This document shows positions 43,072-56,725 of a stretch of DNA of 64,000 bases, piece by piece (positions within the stretch are counted from its first letter, which is position 1; the number at the start of each line of letters is the position of its first letter). The notes under the pieces are model-generated. The model was not told where the DNA came from and ran no database searches. It was given only the letters and a program-made list of their open reading frames with translations. Made by a program: the position numbers and the translations under genes. Source of the DNA: Octopus bimaculoides (lineage: Eukaryota); assembly GCF_001194135.2 (NCBI RefSeq), contig NC_068990.1, forward strand, positions 88,015,399-88,079,398. The letters run 5' to 3'.

Positions 43072-43640
43072 ACAGTTGAGGGAACCCGTGGAAGAGGTAG
43101 GCCCAGGAAGACCTGGGCTGAGGTGGTGAGGCAAGACCTTCGTACATTGGGCCTCACCGAGGCGATGACTACGGACCGAGACCTTTGGAAATGGGCTGTG
43201 CGTGAGAAGACCCGGCAAGCCAAGTAAGATCGTTGCCAGTGCCCCTGGACTGGTTCTTGTGCGGGTGGCACATGAGATGCACCNNNNNNNNNNNNNNNNN
43301 NNNNNNNNNNNNNNNNNNNNNNNNNNNNNNNNNNNNNNNNNNNNNNNNNNNNNNNNNNNNNNNNNNNNNNNNNNNNNNNNNNNNNNNNNNNNNNNNNNNN
43401 NNNNNNNNNNNNNNNNNNNNNNNNNNNNNNNNNNNNNNNNNNNNNNNNNNNNNNNNNNNNNNNNNNNNNNNNNNNNNNNNNNNNNNNTATATATATATAG
43501 TGGCATTAGAAAGGACATCCAAGTCAAATCAAACAATAGTTTGGTACAGCTCTCCAGCTTGCTAGCTCTGGTCAAACCAGCCAACCCATGCCAGCATGGA
43601 AAACAGATGTTAAAGGATGGCAATGATGATGATGATGATG
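43072..43640 (+). mobile_element. RTE-clade LINE 3' end (ORF C-terminus, gap, then tail)
   Basis: 43072-43227 reads TVEGTRGRGRPRKTWAEVVRQDLRTLGLTEAMTTDRDLWKWAVREKTRQAK* without disruption; ccagcatggaaaacagatgttaaa...gatgatgat tail at ~43590-43645. Confidence 0.8.
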
Positions 43641-46038
43641 ATGATATACATAGGGTGAGGTTGTGTCTCCTTGTCTTGACATTATGGAACAGTTATAAAC
43701 ATATAGCACTGTTTTCATCGAAGCATTTCTAATCTCCCATAAAAGCGTCCAACCAGTGACAGGTATTACCTTGTTTTGAAACACAAGGGATGACAACCTG
43801 AAGAGGACCTAGTCAGAGAAAATCTGTTGACATGAATTCCATCAGAACTAACCAAGCTTGGAAAAGTGAACATTAAAACAATGATGATAGGCCAGCAACA
43901 AGACTTAAATCCTTCACTGCTAGAGATAGCAGCTGTTCACTAACTTCTACACAAATTTGAAAGCCACATAGGACAAGGGGTACAGACTGAAACAAGGTTA
44001 TACAAAGGTCAAATTGTCCATGCTATTGATTGTTATTATTAATCTTATTCGTTAGTTAATTCATTAGAGCTAGTCGGATTAGAAACACTAATTAGTGTAT
44101 CAGATAAAAAAAATCTGTTGCTTATTTGCTCATTTCTTTCTTTCTGTTTTCATTGTATTGTTGTTTTTTTTATATTATTTTGCTTCTTTAATATTTTTTT
44201 AACTTTTTTATTGTTAAGCCTCATTGAATAAATGTGCTATAGTGTGTATGTATATGTGGGAATGTAAGTATATGTGTATGTATACATAGGTATGTGCATG
44301 TATGTATATATGTGTGTGTGTGTGTGTATATATGTGTGCACATACGTACACAAGTGGATAATCCTACTGAATCCAAAGCAGATTTCAAGCCATTTTGTTT
44401 ATCTTTAATACAAGGTTTCTTTACAGCTCAATCAATACATACATAGAAGAACTGAAGACCCTAGTTCTAAAAGTACTTAGGTCACATGACAGTCAGTATG
44501 GCTTAGGCACTTTTAGCAGTAGGGCTTTCTGTTGCATTGCATGCTCTATGTGTGTGTGTGTGTGTGTGTCTGTCTGTCTGTCTGTCTGTCTGCCTGTTAG
44601 TCTGGTAATCTCTTAACTCATCAGAAATGTTTAAAACTATTACTGATGAGCTAAGAAATATATATAACATAATACTATGTAATGTAATACACATTCTACA
44701 TGTATTAAGTCCTTTCATGTTCCATTGGATTTTTATTTTTATATGCTACTGTCCAACCATCTCCTACCAATACAGATATTTTCCTTTTTTTTACTTTATA
44801 AGATGTCTTCGAAATTTGAATCACTTTCTGAAAGTAGTTCTAAAGTAGAAATTATCTTAGCTGAGACCCCCAAGTGTTAAAACCATCTGTAAAGAGTCTA
44901 TGTTTTAGTATCTAAATAAAACAGTTGTGGGTCTATCAACCCCTTAAGATCTTCATAGAAGAGGGTTTTGTCATCAGCATGCAATAAATATTGACTATCA
45001 TCTGCATCAACTTTAAATTTCACATCCTGCATCATTGCTGAATGAGATTGCTTCAGCCTCTATCCTTTGATCTTCCTTAACTACGATTTTTTCCAAACTT
45101 CAATCAAACATGCAGATTTAACTTCTTATGAAGCATCTTTAATATTCTATTTTGCTTGCATAATGCTGTAATTTTTTCAGAATACTGTGACAGATTGATG
45201 TTTATCATCAGTTGCGGTAATCAACTGACTTAAAGTTTTCCTAAGATAATGCACCGTGAAAACAAAATTAACTCCCTGATTCGTAGGGTCAATAGTAATG
45301 AACTTGTGTTTGATGGAATGAAAACAACTTCGGCAAGTACCCAGATTTGGAGTTAATCAAGATTTGAAGGATGATCAGGAGCATTGTCTAAAAGTGGAAA
45401 TGCCTTAAGCTTAAAATAATTTTCAAACAGTAACATTTGACATTAGGGCAAAAATGTTCAGTGAATCTTTCTGTAAGCAAATTATATGTAATTCAAGGCT
45501 TTTTTGTTAGATTTCAATAGAATAGGTAATCAAAACTTGGAGATGCTTTTCATAAGCTTGAGAATGATAGAATGATGAACAAGCAATGAATTAAGCTTCT
45601 AGTCTCCGGTGGCATTTACTCCTAACAACAATGTTGGACAACATTTTCCTGTTAAAACTCATTTTTCCTCTTTTGGGATTAGAGTTTCAAAATGTAAGCA
45701 TGTTCAAAATAGCCTCTATTTATTTACTGTGAAAATAGATTTTACAACATCCTTCAGTTGTGCTGGAAATTCCAATACTTGGATATCAAACTTGCTGATT
45801 AATATTTTATGGAATTTTTGTTGCCAATTGGACCTTTAACAGACAGGATTTTTTTTTCCAGCCTCTAATGAAATCTTGACATTTTAAAATATTTTTTGCA
45901 TGTTCTATGTTTTCCTTGTTTTGACTGTCACTTCTATGAAAAAACTAGAAACATGAAACTTTGGAATAACAGTTTGCGAAACTTTCAGCTTATATAAATG
46001 CACAAACACACACACACACACACACACACACTTAGTGA

Positions 46039-47025
<987 letters not shown>

Positions 47026-47584
47026 TAATTATTTAAAAAAATAAAAAATTTTAAATTACTATATGTGAAAATATATAAAATATATGTGTGTGTGTATATA
47101 TATTAATATGTATATACCTAAAGATATACATACACACACAAATATATATATATACATATAGACACATAAAAAAATTCATATATATACACATACATATATT
47201 TATATATACCTATGTATGTATTTATGCATGAGTATATTGGTGAGTCCCATAGTCTATTGGGTCATTGTCGGGGCACTTGTGGAGACTTAGTCTTCAAACA
47301 ATGTGTCTAGGGCAAGCCAGCCCTATCCTTCTCCTAGCTATTTATACCTATGGTAGGATTTGAACTCAGCACTGCAAGATAAGAACTCATTATTTAGACA
47401 GCACTCATTGCAACTTACAGCGTTAAGCTACGCCTACCTGTGGTACTAATTTACAGCTAGGTGGACTGAGTCAGTGAGAGTCAAGTATCTTGGCCTTTGA
47501 CACAGAGCAGCACCATTGGCTGGATGCAAACCATCACATTTTAAAACAGCAGCCTGACACCCAATCAACTTGGCTAGCTGTAAC

Positions 47585-47602
47585 TCATATATATATATAT
47601 AT

Positions 47603-47647
<45 letters not shown>

Positions 47648-48182
47648 NNNNNNNNNNNNNNNNNNNNNNNNNNNNNNNNNNNNNNNNNNNNNNNNNNNNN
47701 NNNNNNNNNNNNNNNNNNNNNNNNNNNNNNNNNNNNNNNNNNNNNNNNNNNNNNNNNNNNNNNNNNNNNNNNNNNNNNNNNNNNNNNNNNNNNNNNNNNN
47801 NNNNNNNNNNNNNNNNNNNNNTATACATATATACATATACATGTATGTATTTATAGGTGTGCGTATGCGAGTATATATATATATATATATATATACAAGT
47901 ATGTATGTATGTGTGTGTATATATACATATATATATGCAAGCATATATACACATATATGTATGTATATATATATATTCACATGGAAACATACAAATATAT
48001 GTATACAAATATTTATATATTCAATACATACATAAACACGTTTATATAAGTTGTGTGTGCATATATATGCATACATACATAAACATGTGCGTATATACAG
48101 ATATATAGATATATATATATATATAAACATTTGCATATATATATGCGTATATAGGCATGTGTATAACAATATATGTATATAT

Positions 48183-48214
<32 letters not shown>

Positions 48215-48249
48215 TTGCATGTATATACATATATATATGGAAGTGTTTT

Positions 48250-48292
<43 letters not shown>

Positions 48293-48434
48293 NNNNNNNN
48301 NNATATATATATATATATATATATGTATATACATATATATATATATGCATGTGTGTAAATATACATATACATGTATATATATATGCACATATATATGCAT
48401 ATATATATATATATATACACACATGTATATGTAT

Positions 48435-48478
<44 letters not shown>

Positions 48479-48529
48479 GCATATATATATATTCACATAT
48501 ATATATGCATATATATATTTAGTGCATAT

Positions 48530-48600
<71 letters not shown>

Positions 48601-49402
48601 GCATATATATATATATATGTATATATATATTTATATATATAAATGCATATACATATAAATGCACATACATATATATATATATATATATTTATATATAGAT
48701 ATATATAAATGCATATATATACATATATATGCATATATATATAGATATATATGCATATATATGTATATATATATATAAATATATATGCATTTATATATAT
48801 ATATATGCATATATATTTATATATAGATAGATATATGCATGTGTATATATATATATATATATANNNNNNNNNNATGTATTTGTACACATATATATATATA
48901 TATATATATGTTTACATATACATGTATGTATATGTGTGCATAAATATATATGTGAACATGTATGTATGTATATATATGTACGTTTACACACATACACATA
49001 TATACATATATATGTACTCAAATATAACACACAAATTCACTCATACACACACACACATATATCTTATATGCATGTGTGTATGTGCATGACTGTATATGTG
49101 TGTAAGTGTGTATGTGTGAGTGTGTGTTGTGTTATAATTTATCTATTTGGCTTTGGAGGAAAGAAAACTATCTAACAAACAAAAAAAAACACAAAGAAAA
49201 TGAGATATGTAATAAAAATTGAAGTTATGAGTTGTGTATTTTATCACTGATTTCTAATTATTTAATGAACTATTCTTTCATTTCACTAATGATGCTTTGC
49301 ATTAATTTAATATTTATTATGCTCAGTTGAAATATTTCATTGATATTACATGTACATTACATGCATACATTTATATTTACATATGTTTACACGTGTGCAT
49401 CA

Positions 49403-49445
<43 letters not shown>

Positions 49446-49459
49446 GATGTATATATATA

Positions 49460-49551
<92 letters not shown>

Positions 49552-49615
49552 TAGGTATATATATGCATATATATGTTTGTATATATGTGTGTGTATATAT
49601 ATATATATGTATGTT

Positions 49616-49646
<31 letters not shown>

Positions 49647-49790
49647 ATATATATATGTGTGTGTGTATGTGTTTATACATACATGTGTATGTGTGTATAA
49701 GTATGTATTTATACATATATATGTGCGTCTATATATACATATATAAATATATATATATATATATACTCATGTATAAATTTTAACACAGAT
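47585..49790. repeat. ~2.2-kb (TA)n/(TG)n/(CA)n low-complexity block downstream of the channel stop codon
   Basis: Direct inspection; interrupted by three gaps. Confidence 0.95.
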
Positions 49791-51156
49791 ACATATATAT
49801 GTTGCTTTTGTGATTTTTTTCTTCTTCTTTAGAATCTTTTTAATCTTTTAAATTATCACTAAAACCTATTTTTAAAAAAAAGAAAAACAAAAACAACCAC
49901 CACATTATCAACAAAATACAATTTCAACTAAAAGCTAAAAAAAAAAAATGAATCGATTGGGGTGTAGCACTGCCAAATTGAACCTTGCTGCCTCTAATAT
50001 CTCCTTGATTAATCTTACTCTCATCATCTACTTCTTTGTTTTTTCTTGTTTTTTTACTTTTTTTGTTCTTTTGAGTTGAATTTTTTCTTTTAAAATTATT
50101 CATTGTTTTGTTGATTTTAATTTAAATGTTTATTTTTTTTTTCTGTTATATTTTGTCATTTTTATCAATGAAGTTACCCCCAAGTCCTTCTGTTCTCTAT
50201 CTTCTATCTATCTATATCTATCTCTTCATCACATTTTTTCTTGTTTTTTTTTTTGTTTTGTTTTTTGCAACATCCCCTACCTCCAGATTGGTGCTGTTTT
50301 TCCTTTGTTGCAGATATCCTGGTATTTATGATGAAATAAATTTTGAAAAAAAAAAAAATAATATATTATATGCATATATATATATTTCTGGATTTTTCTA
50401 CAAATTAATAACACAACAATAATTTTAGAATTCATTCAAATATAAATGCGCTACAATTCTAAAATGTCTAAATGAATTCTAGGATTTCCTACAATACTCA
50501 TAATATTGGTTTCAAATTTTAGCCCTCGGCCAGCAATTTTGGAGGAGGTGTAAGCCAATTACATCGACATCAACCCCAGTGCTCAACTGGTACTTACTTT
50601 ATCAATCCTGAAAGGGATGAAATGCAAAGTCGACCTCAGCAGAATTTGTACTCAGAACATGCAGTTGGACAAAATGTGACTGAAAAGCATTTTGCTACCC
50701 TAATAATTCTTTCTAATATTAGCACAAGGCCAGTAATTTTGACGGAAGGTGACAAGTTGATAACATTGACCCCAGTACTTGACTGATACTTTATTTTACT
50801 GACCCTGGAAGGATGGAAGACAAAGTTAACATCAGTAAGATTTGAGCTCAGGACATAAAGAGCAGAAGAAATGTTTGCTAAGCATTTTGTGGGACATGCT
50901 AATGATTCAGCCAGCTCACGGCCCTCTTACTAGTAACAATAGTGACAACAATAATACCGAAATCCCAGTCTTAGTATTAATAATGATGATGATGGTAATA
51001 ATCATTTCTATTATAGGAACAAGGCCTAAGATTTGAGGGGAAGGGGCTAGTTGACCACATCAACCCTCAATGCTCAACTAATACTTATTTTAACAAACCT
51101 GAAAGGATGAAAGGTGAACTGGCAGGCTAACCATTCTGCCAGCTCACTGCCTTAAC

Positions 51157-51230
<74 letters not shown>

Positions 51231-51828
51231 TAATAATATGATGATGATGACGACAACAACGATGATGACAGTGGCAGTGATGATGACAGAAGATAGTACA
51301 GAGACACCAGCAACAACAGCTAGAGAAAAAGAGGAAAATAACTAGAATTGTTATAGAAAATCTAGTACAAAGTAAGAAAATGTGTGGAAATAAGAGAGAG
51401 AGAGAGAAAGAGAACATTTGATTGAGTTTTAATGCAGGAGATAGTTGCAAAGATGCTAACTTTTTTCTTACTCTTAACCCCTATTGTAATCAATATGATA
51501 TTGCACTATTCACATTTGCAAAACAAAGAAACATGTCTATACACTATTATATATGAAATACGCTTGTTTCACCATGTTGCGTAATGGGAAGTCAAATTAA
51601 AGTAGAAGGAAATATCAAGGAAAATTTGGTGAGGGCTGATTTCAAAATGGTACAAAAAAATTGTTGACACTAGTAAGATATTCGGGGGAGATTAAGTGAA
51701 AATGATTTAGTTTGTTTTACTTGGGAGCTAGTTGGACAGGATTTATAACAGTGTGGTGTCATGATGGAAATGGTTATGTATGTATATGTGTGTGTGTGAG
51801 TATATATATATATATATATATATGTATA

Positions 51829-52062
51829 CTGCATTGGCTAAAAGTCACCTGACAGTAAATAAAAATTCTATAAATGCTATCTATAATTCTGTATTGACTC
51901 GAATGGAAAAATGTGTCGCTCAAAGAAAGACTTCAATTTGAACAATTTTCGTGATGTTTCATATTTAGATGCTGCTTTTAAATTCATCCAGTTGTTAAAC
52001 ATAAATAAAACTTGGAATTAAATGGCTTTGATTTACTATCAGGTGACTTTTGGCCAACCCTG
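51829..52062. mobile_element. Tc1/mariner-type MITE
   Basis: TA|ctgcattggctaaaagtcacctgacagtaaat ... atttactatcaggtgacttttggccaaccctg|TA inverted termini. Confidence 0.8.
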
Positions 52063-52829
52063 TATATATATATATATATATATTTATATATACGATGGGC
52101 TTCTTTCAGTTTTCTTCTACCAAATCCACTCACAAGTCTTTGGTCGACCTGAGGCTATAGTAGAAGGTGCCATGCAGTGGGACTGAACCCAGAACCATAT
52201 CGTTGGGAAGTAAGCTTCTTATCACATAGCCACGACTGCAGCTATATATGTATACACACACACATACATGACAAGCTTCTTTCAGTTTCCATCTACCAAA
52301 TCCACTCATAACGCTTTGTTCGACCCAGGGTACCCACTTCCTTATAGTTTAATCATCACTTATGCACTCGCACATTAATACATACATGCATACATATGCA
52401 CTACAAGATGATTTGCAAATGCCATCACAGACAAGCTATTGTTTTAGGTCAGACCCAATCACATGACTTGAAAAATAATGCGAGAGAATATTGTAGTTAT
52501 CTCCCTTTTTGACGAAAATTAATTTTGGTTGAGTTACTTCCCTCGAACCATAGCAATGCCTAAACGTTACACCCTGCAACCAAACTCTTATCACGTGGCT
52601 CGGTATATAGACTTGGATTCTAGTTTACAGCAACCAATAAGGAACCATCTTTCAAACTGACAACTGCTAAAGATTTATTCATCCCAAATGTCTACATGGG
52701 AGTCATTAATTGCTAATATATATATATATTCGACAAAACATATTGTGTATTTTCTCTTGTTTGGGCAACGTTTTCTACAACATGGTAAATACACACACAT
52801 ATTTACATATTCATATCTGTTTTGTTCCA

Positions 52830-53330
52830 TACCCGCACATAGGTAAGACGAATATGCCAACACTCACTTGTTTTTCAAGGAAGAGATTGTATTCTTATAT
52901 ATTGTTCCGACAGTATTGCCCAAATGATATCAGTATCACTTTTAAAATCCACCCAAGGGTTGGTCCCCATGTCATGCGTCCTCTACAGAAATCATGCTCT
53001 CAGCACATCACAACACTAAGACAGAACTACTTCTCCTCAACTAGACCTGCTCTTTTTAACATCATTCCGAAACACATAAAGGAGGAAAAAGATTTCATAA
53101 ACTTCAAAATGTTCCTGGATGAATAACTCCAACAAATTCCAGATAAACTACCTACACCCAGATATACTGCTGCAAACAACAACTCTTTCATCGAAAAAGC
53201 AATGGTGCCTAAAAATAGCTATACAAAAATACATTACTAAATGTCTTTTCCAGGTGGTGCTATTAATTGAGCTGTGTTGCTGTGGAAATAACTTCAGGAA
53301 AAAACTTTCCTCATGGACAATATGCATGTA
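52830..53330 (+). mobile_element. CR1/L2-like LINE 3' fragment
   Basis: Remnant QYCPNDISITFKIHPRVGP...TLRQNYFSSTRPALFNIIPKHIKEEKDFINFKMFLDE*LQQIPDKLPTPRY resembles the C-terminus of invertebrate CR1-group ORF2. Confidence 0.6.
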
Positions 53331-53739
53331 AACACATCAATTGGAATATTAATGACATCATTAGATCATAAGACATTCATGTTTCTATTCAACACTGCTG
53401 CTTTGTGCACCTTCAGAAAAGAAGCAGAGTGTTAGTACAGAATAGATATTAAATATCTCGCATTGCCTTCTGTCACCTAGAAATCACATGTGACATCAGT
53501 AAATACTGATAACAACCCCCCACACCTTGCCAAGCCAGCACGAATCAATCTGAGAATGGCCAGATGTTGAGGATGTGTGACAGTTATTGAATATATGTAT
53601 GCTTATATGCCTACATGAGTGTGTGTGTGTGTGTGTTCTTTTTATATGCACACACACACATACACATATATACATACATACATTATAAATAGATAGCTAT
53701 ATAGATACACATACAAATATGTACACATATATACGTGTA

Positions 53740-53771
<32 letters not shown>

Positions 53772-54319
53772 CAAGCATACATACGCTTACTCACAGACAC
53801 ACATATATATACATGTTTCCTTTGAAATTGATTTACAAAAACAACATATTGTGCATATATCAGCAGCAGTAGCAGCTGCATGATCATTTTATGCATTTTC
53901 AGTACAACATGGATTAGATGGTTGTCATGTTTTTTAACCAATATTTATTCAGAATTACTATCTTCCCGGGCAAATCAGAGAACTATGTCTTGTTTGTACA
54001 TTTCATTTTGGTAGGATTTCTACTAGTGGGATACCTTTTCTAATACCAACTACTTTACATAGTTTACTGGGTAGATATGATCATGTACCTACCACTATAC
54101 TCTCTACAAGCACCACAGAGGCATAAACACTAGAGATGTTGTCTTCAACAAGTCTAACAATGCACCTGCATCTTACATTACCTTCCTTTATTTGCCAACT
54201 GATATATGCCCTGATATGGGTAACAATCAGAACAGACTGTCAACCTTTGATATGTATGTGAGTGTACGTTTATAAATACACACATCAATGTGCGATTGCA
54301 GGTAGACAGATGCAAGTAC

Positions 54320-54572
54320 AGCAATGTGGTTAAGAGGTTTGCCTTCCAACCACTTATTTTTAGGTTCAGTCCCATTGTGTAGCACGTTGAGCAGTTGTCT
54401 TCTACTGTAGCCCCGAGTCGACCATTGGCTTGCTAATGAATTTGGTAATTTTGCAATATGACGATGTTAGCACAAGTACCTGGATTGAAATGACTATTGG
54501 GGATTTGTTCAACTATACTCGTAAAGTCCGTGCCCCAGCATGGCCACACTAAAATCAATGAAACAAGTAAAA
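54320..54572 (+). mobile_element. tRNA-derived SINE (family A), internally deleted
   Basis: gtggttaagaggtttgcc...ggttcagtccc...gagtcgacc...cagcatggccac...aatgaaacaagtaaaaagag. Confidence 0.7.
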
Positions 54573-54622
54573 AGAGAGAGATTAAAAAGGAATGGGTGTG
54601 AATACACACGCGCGTATGTATG

Positions 54623-54951
54623 CAAACCTGGGAACCAAACCGTTAATTTTTGATTAACGAAGTTAACATTTTCGTTAATGATCTAACTTTTAAGTTAACT
54701 TTGGAAATTATTATCAGACTAATTAACTTTCGTTAACTTCATTTGAATTGAAGTTAACAGATTTTATAGTTTTGGAACTTTTTAAAGCTGTTTTTAGAGC
54801 AAAACCTGATTTTTTTTTTATAATAGAAATTAACTTTTAACGGTATATCGATAACTTCCGTTACATTTTTAAAGAATTAACTGATTAACGGTTAACTTTT
54901 TGGTTAATGGATTAACGAAGTTAAATTTTGGTTTAACGGTGGCCATCTTTG
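54623..54951. mobile_element. hAT-like non-autonomous element
   Basis: Imperfect TIR CAAAccTGGgaACC / CAAAgaTGGccACC; dense subterminal ttaacg/gttaac motifs; 8-bp flanks tatgtatg / tttgtttg (6/8 match). Confidence 0.6.
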
Positions 54952-56497
54952 TTTGTTTGTATGTATGTATGGATACATGCATGACAGCATGAATCAGGAC
55001 TGAAACAATTCAAATATTACCATGCCTGAGTTGAGGGAGGAAATCCAGCTGCAGTATAAAGCTTAATTTCTGACTGCCAAGCAAACTGATACAACACTGG
55101 AGCTTTCTCTTTCACTGAGCTAAGGATGACATCGCAAATGAACTGAAGGTATTTCGTGTCTTTTTCATGGAGCTTGAAACCTGGACAAGTGTTAACGTAT
55201 GTCTTGTGTTATGAACGGGTACTTCACCCTTCAGTTCAGTATCAAATGCGAATTACGAAGAGATGTGGTTAGAGAGCGATGACAAACGTTTTATCAAGAG
55301 ATGTCTCAAAGTAAAACCACTGGCCATAATGTGGAAATCACAATAAAGAACGTATGTATGGGAAGTTACTCTCAGAAGCAAGTTTCTTTACGAAATGCTC
55401 CAAACATTCTCAAATTTCAAGGAACGCGTTAGTGGCTGTCAGAAATTCCGTCCTGTGAGACATTGGTGGCAAAGACCATCAGTTCTGGAACCAAACACTG
55501 TAGGAAGGGAAATGATTACCTTTCTGGCTTTATCTGAGGATAAATTGGAGCTCAGAAATCCAACTGTGTCATTGGAAGCTATCAACTACTGAGAGAGATT
55601 GAGTTGTCTGATAATTACACTAAGCAAAACTAGAAAGAATATGATGTCAAATTCACACTGAAAAAGAATTTTTTTTACTCAGTAGACTTGCTATAAGAAA
55701 TAGTGAAGTTTCGAATTATCATTTCAAAGAAGTGTGATCCGGCTTCTTCGTGAGTTGTGTCGGTAGAGATAGAGATACTCATATTTGAAGGGGCCACAGG
55801 CAAAACAACTGACTGTCCTTTGTGATTCGGTTGATTAACTTTGGCGTGCGTTCAAACTTACAATGTCAAAAATGAAGTGTGTTAATTTATAGTATGTTCC
55901 CAATGATGCTATTTTCAACTACAGTAAAATCCTGATTCCATCTGTACACCACCAAAACTCAGCCAGACTGGAAAGCACTTTATTCTAAAATTGATACATT
56001 ACAAACCATACAAAAACCACTGCAATGTCCTTGACTTCAAGGACTACTAAAATTACTTTAATTCAACTACTCTAGCAACAATGGATTTGATTCAATTAAC
56101 TATATTCTTGCTTTGAAAAATTGTGATCTTTCGGGTCACACTCTTACCTTAGAAAGCTGTAGACTTATGGTCCCTGATTCAATTCACTTAAACCCTTATC
56201 TGAGAAAATTGACCTTTCACTTGAGTACAGCTCTCATGATAGAAACAAATGGTTTGCTCTGGAGTTTAGAGGAGAGCAAAACTTTGTCCAAGCAGATCAT
56301 TTGCATGTATTTCTATATTGGGTCTTTCATAAACATATGGTTATGGTTGTTAAAAGAATAGTGGTAGTTTATTGGCTTATTATTTGTTGCCATGGCAGGA
56401 GACGAAGTAAAGATTAAATCCAGATCATGAGCTCAGCTGAAGAGATAAAGAGAGAATTAAAAAAAACAAAGAGACCATTTTAGTTAACCTGGTGAAA

Positions 56498-56503
56498 TTT
56501 ATT
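56498..56503 (-). terminator. RPL7 polyadenylation signal AATAAA
   Basis: tttatt on + strand, about 14 nt past the stop codon; a short 3' UTR is typical of ribosomal-protein mRNAs. Confidence 0.7.
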
Positions 56504-56516
56504 ACAAGTTTCTCTT

Positions 56517-56725
56517 TTATGTCATTTTTCTGAGAAGGGGATTAATTTGGTTCTCTCTGTTGCCAAAATCACCTCCATCATTATAGTGGTTGTATTTGCG
56601 CACCCAGCCACCTCGTGGATTGTTTAACTTGAATGGCCATAGGAAGTTGGAAGCGTATTTGAAGTGTTTGCCAACAGTGTGGATTTCATGGATTAAATCT
56701 TCCATACAAATGATACCAAAGCGAC
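56517..56725 (-). CDS. RPL7: RPL7 last coding exon (209 nt, [14 protein letters not shown]...LLRKMT*)
   Basis: Acceptor ttttag at 56726-56727 (minus); TAA at 56517-56519. Confidence 0.95.

Noticed and set aside
55395-55592. 65-aa ORF as a real gene
   Set aside because: No splice or family support; it lies within a stop-interrupted relic.
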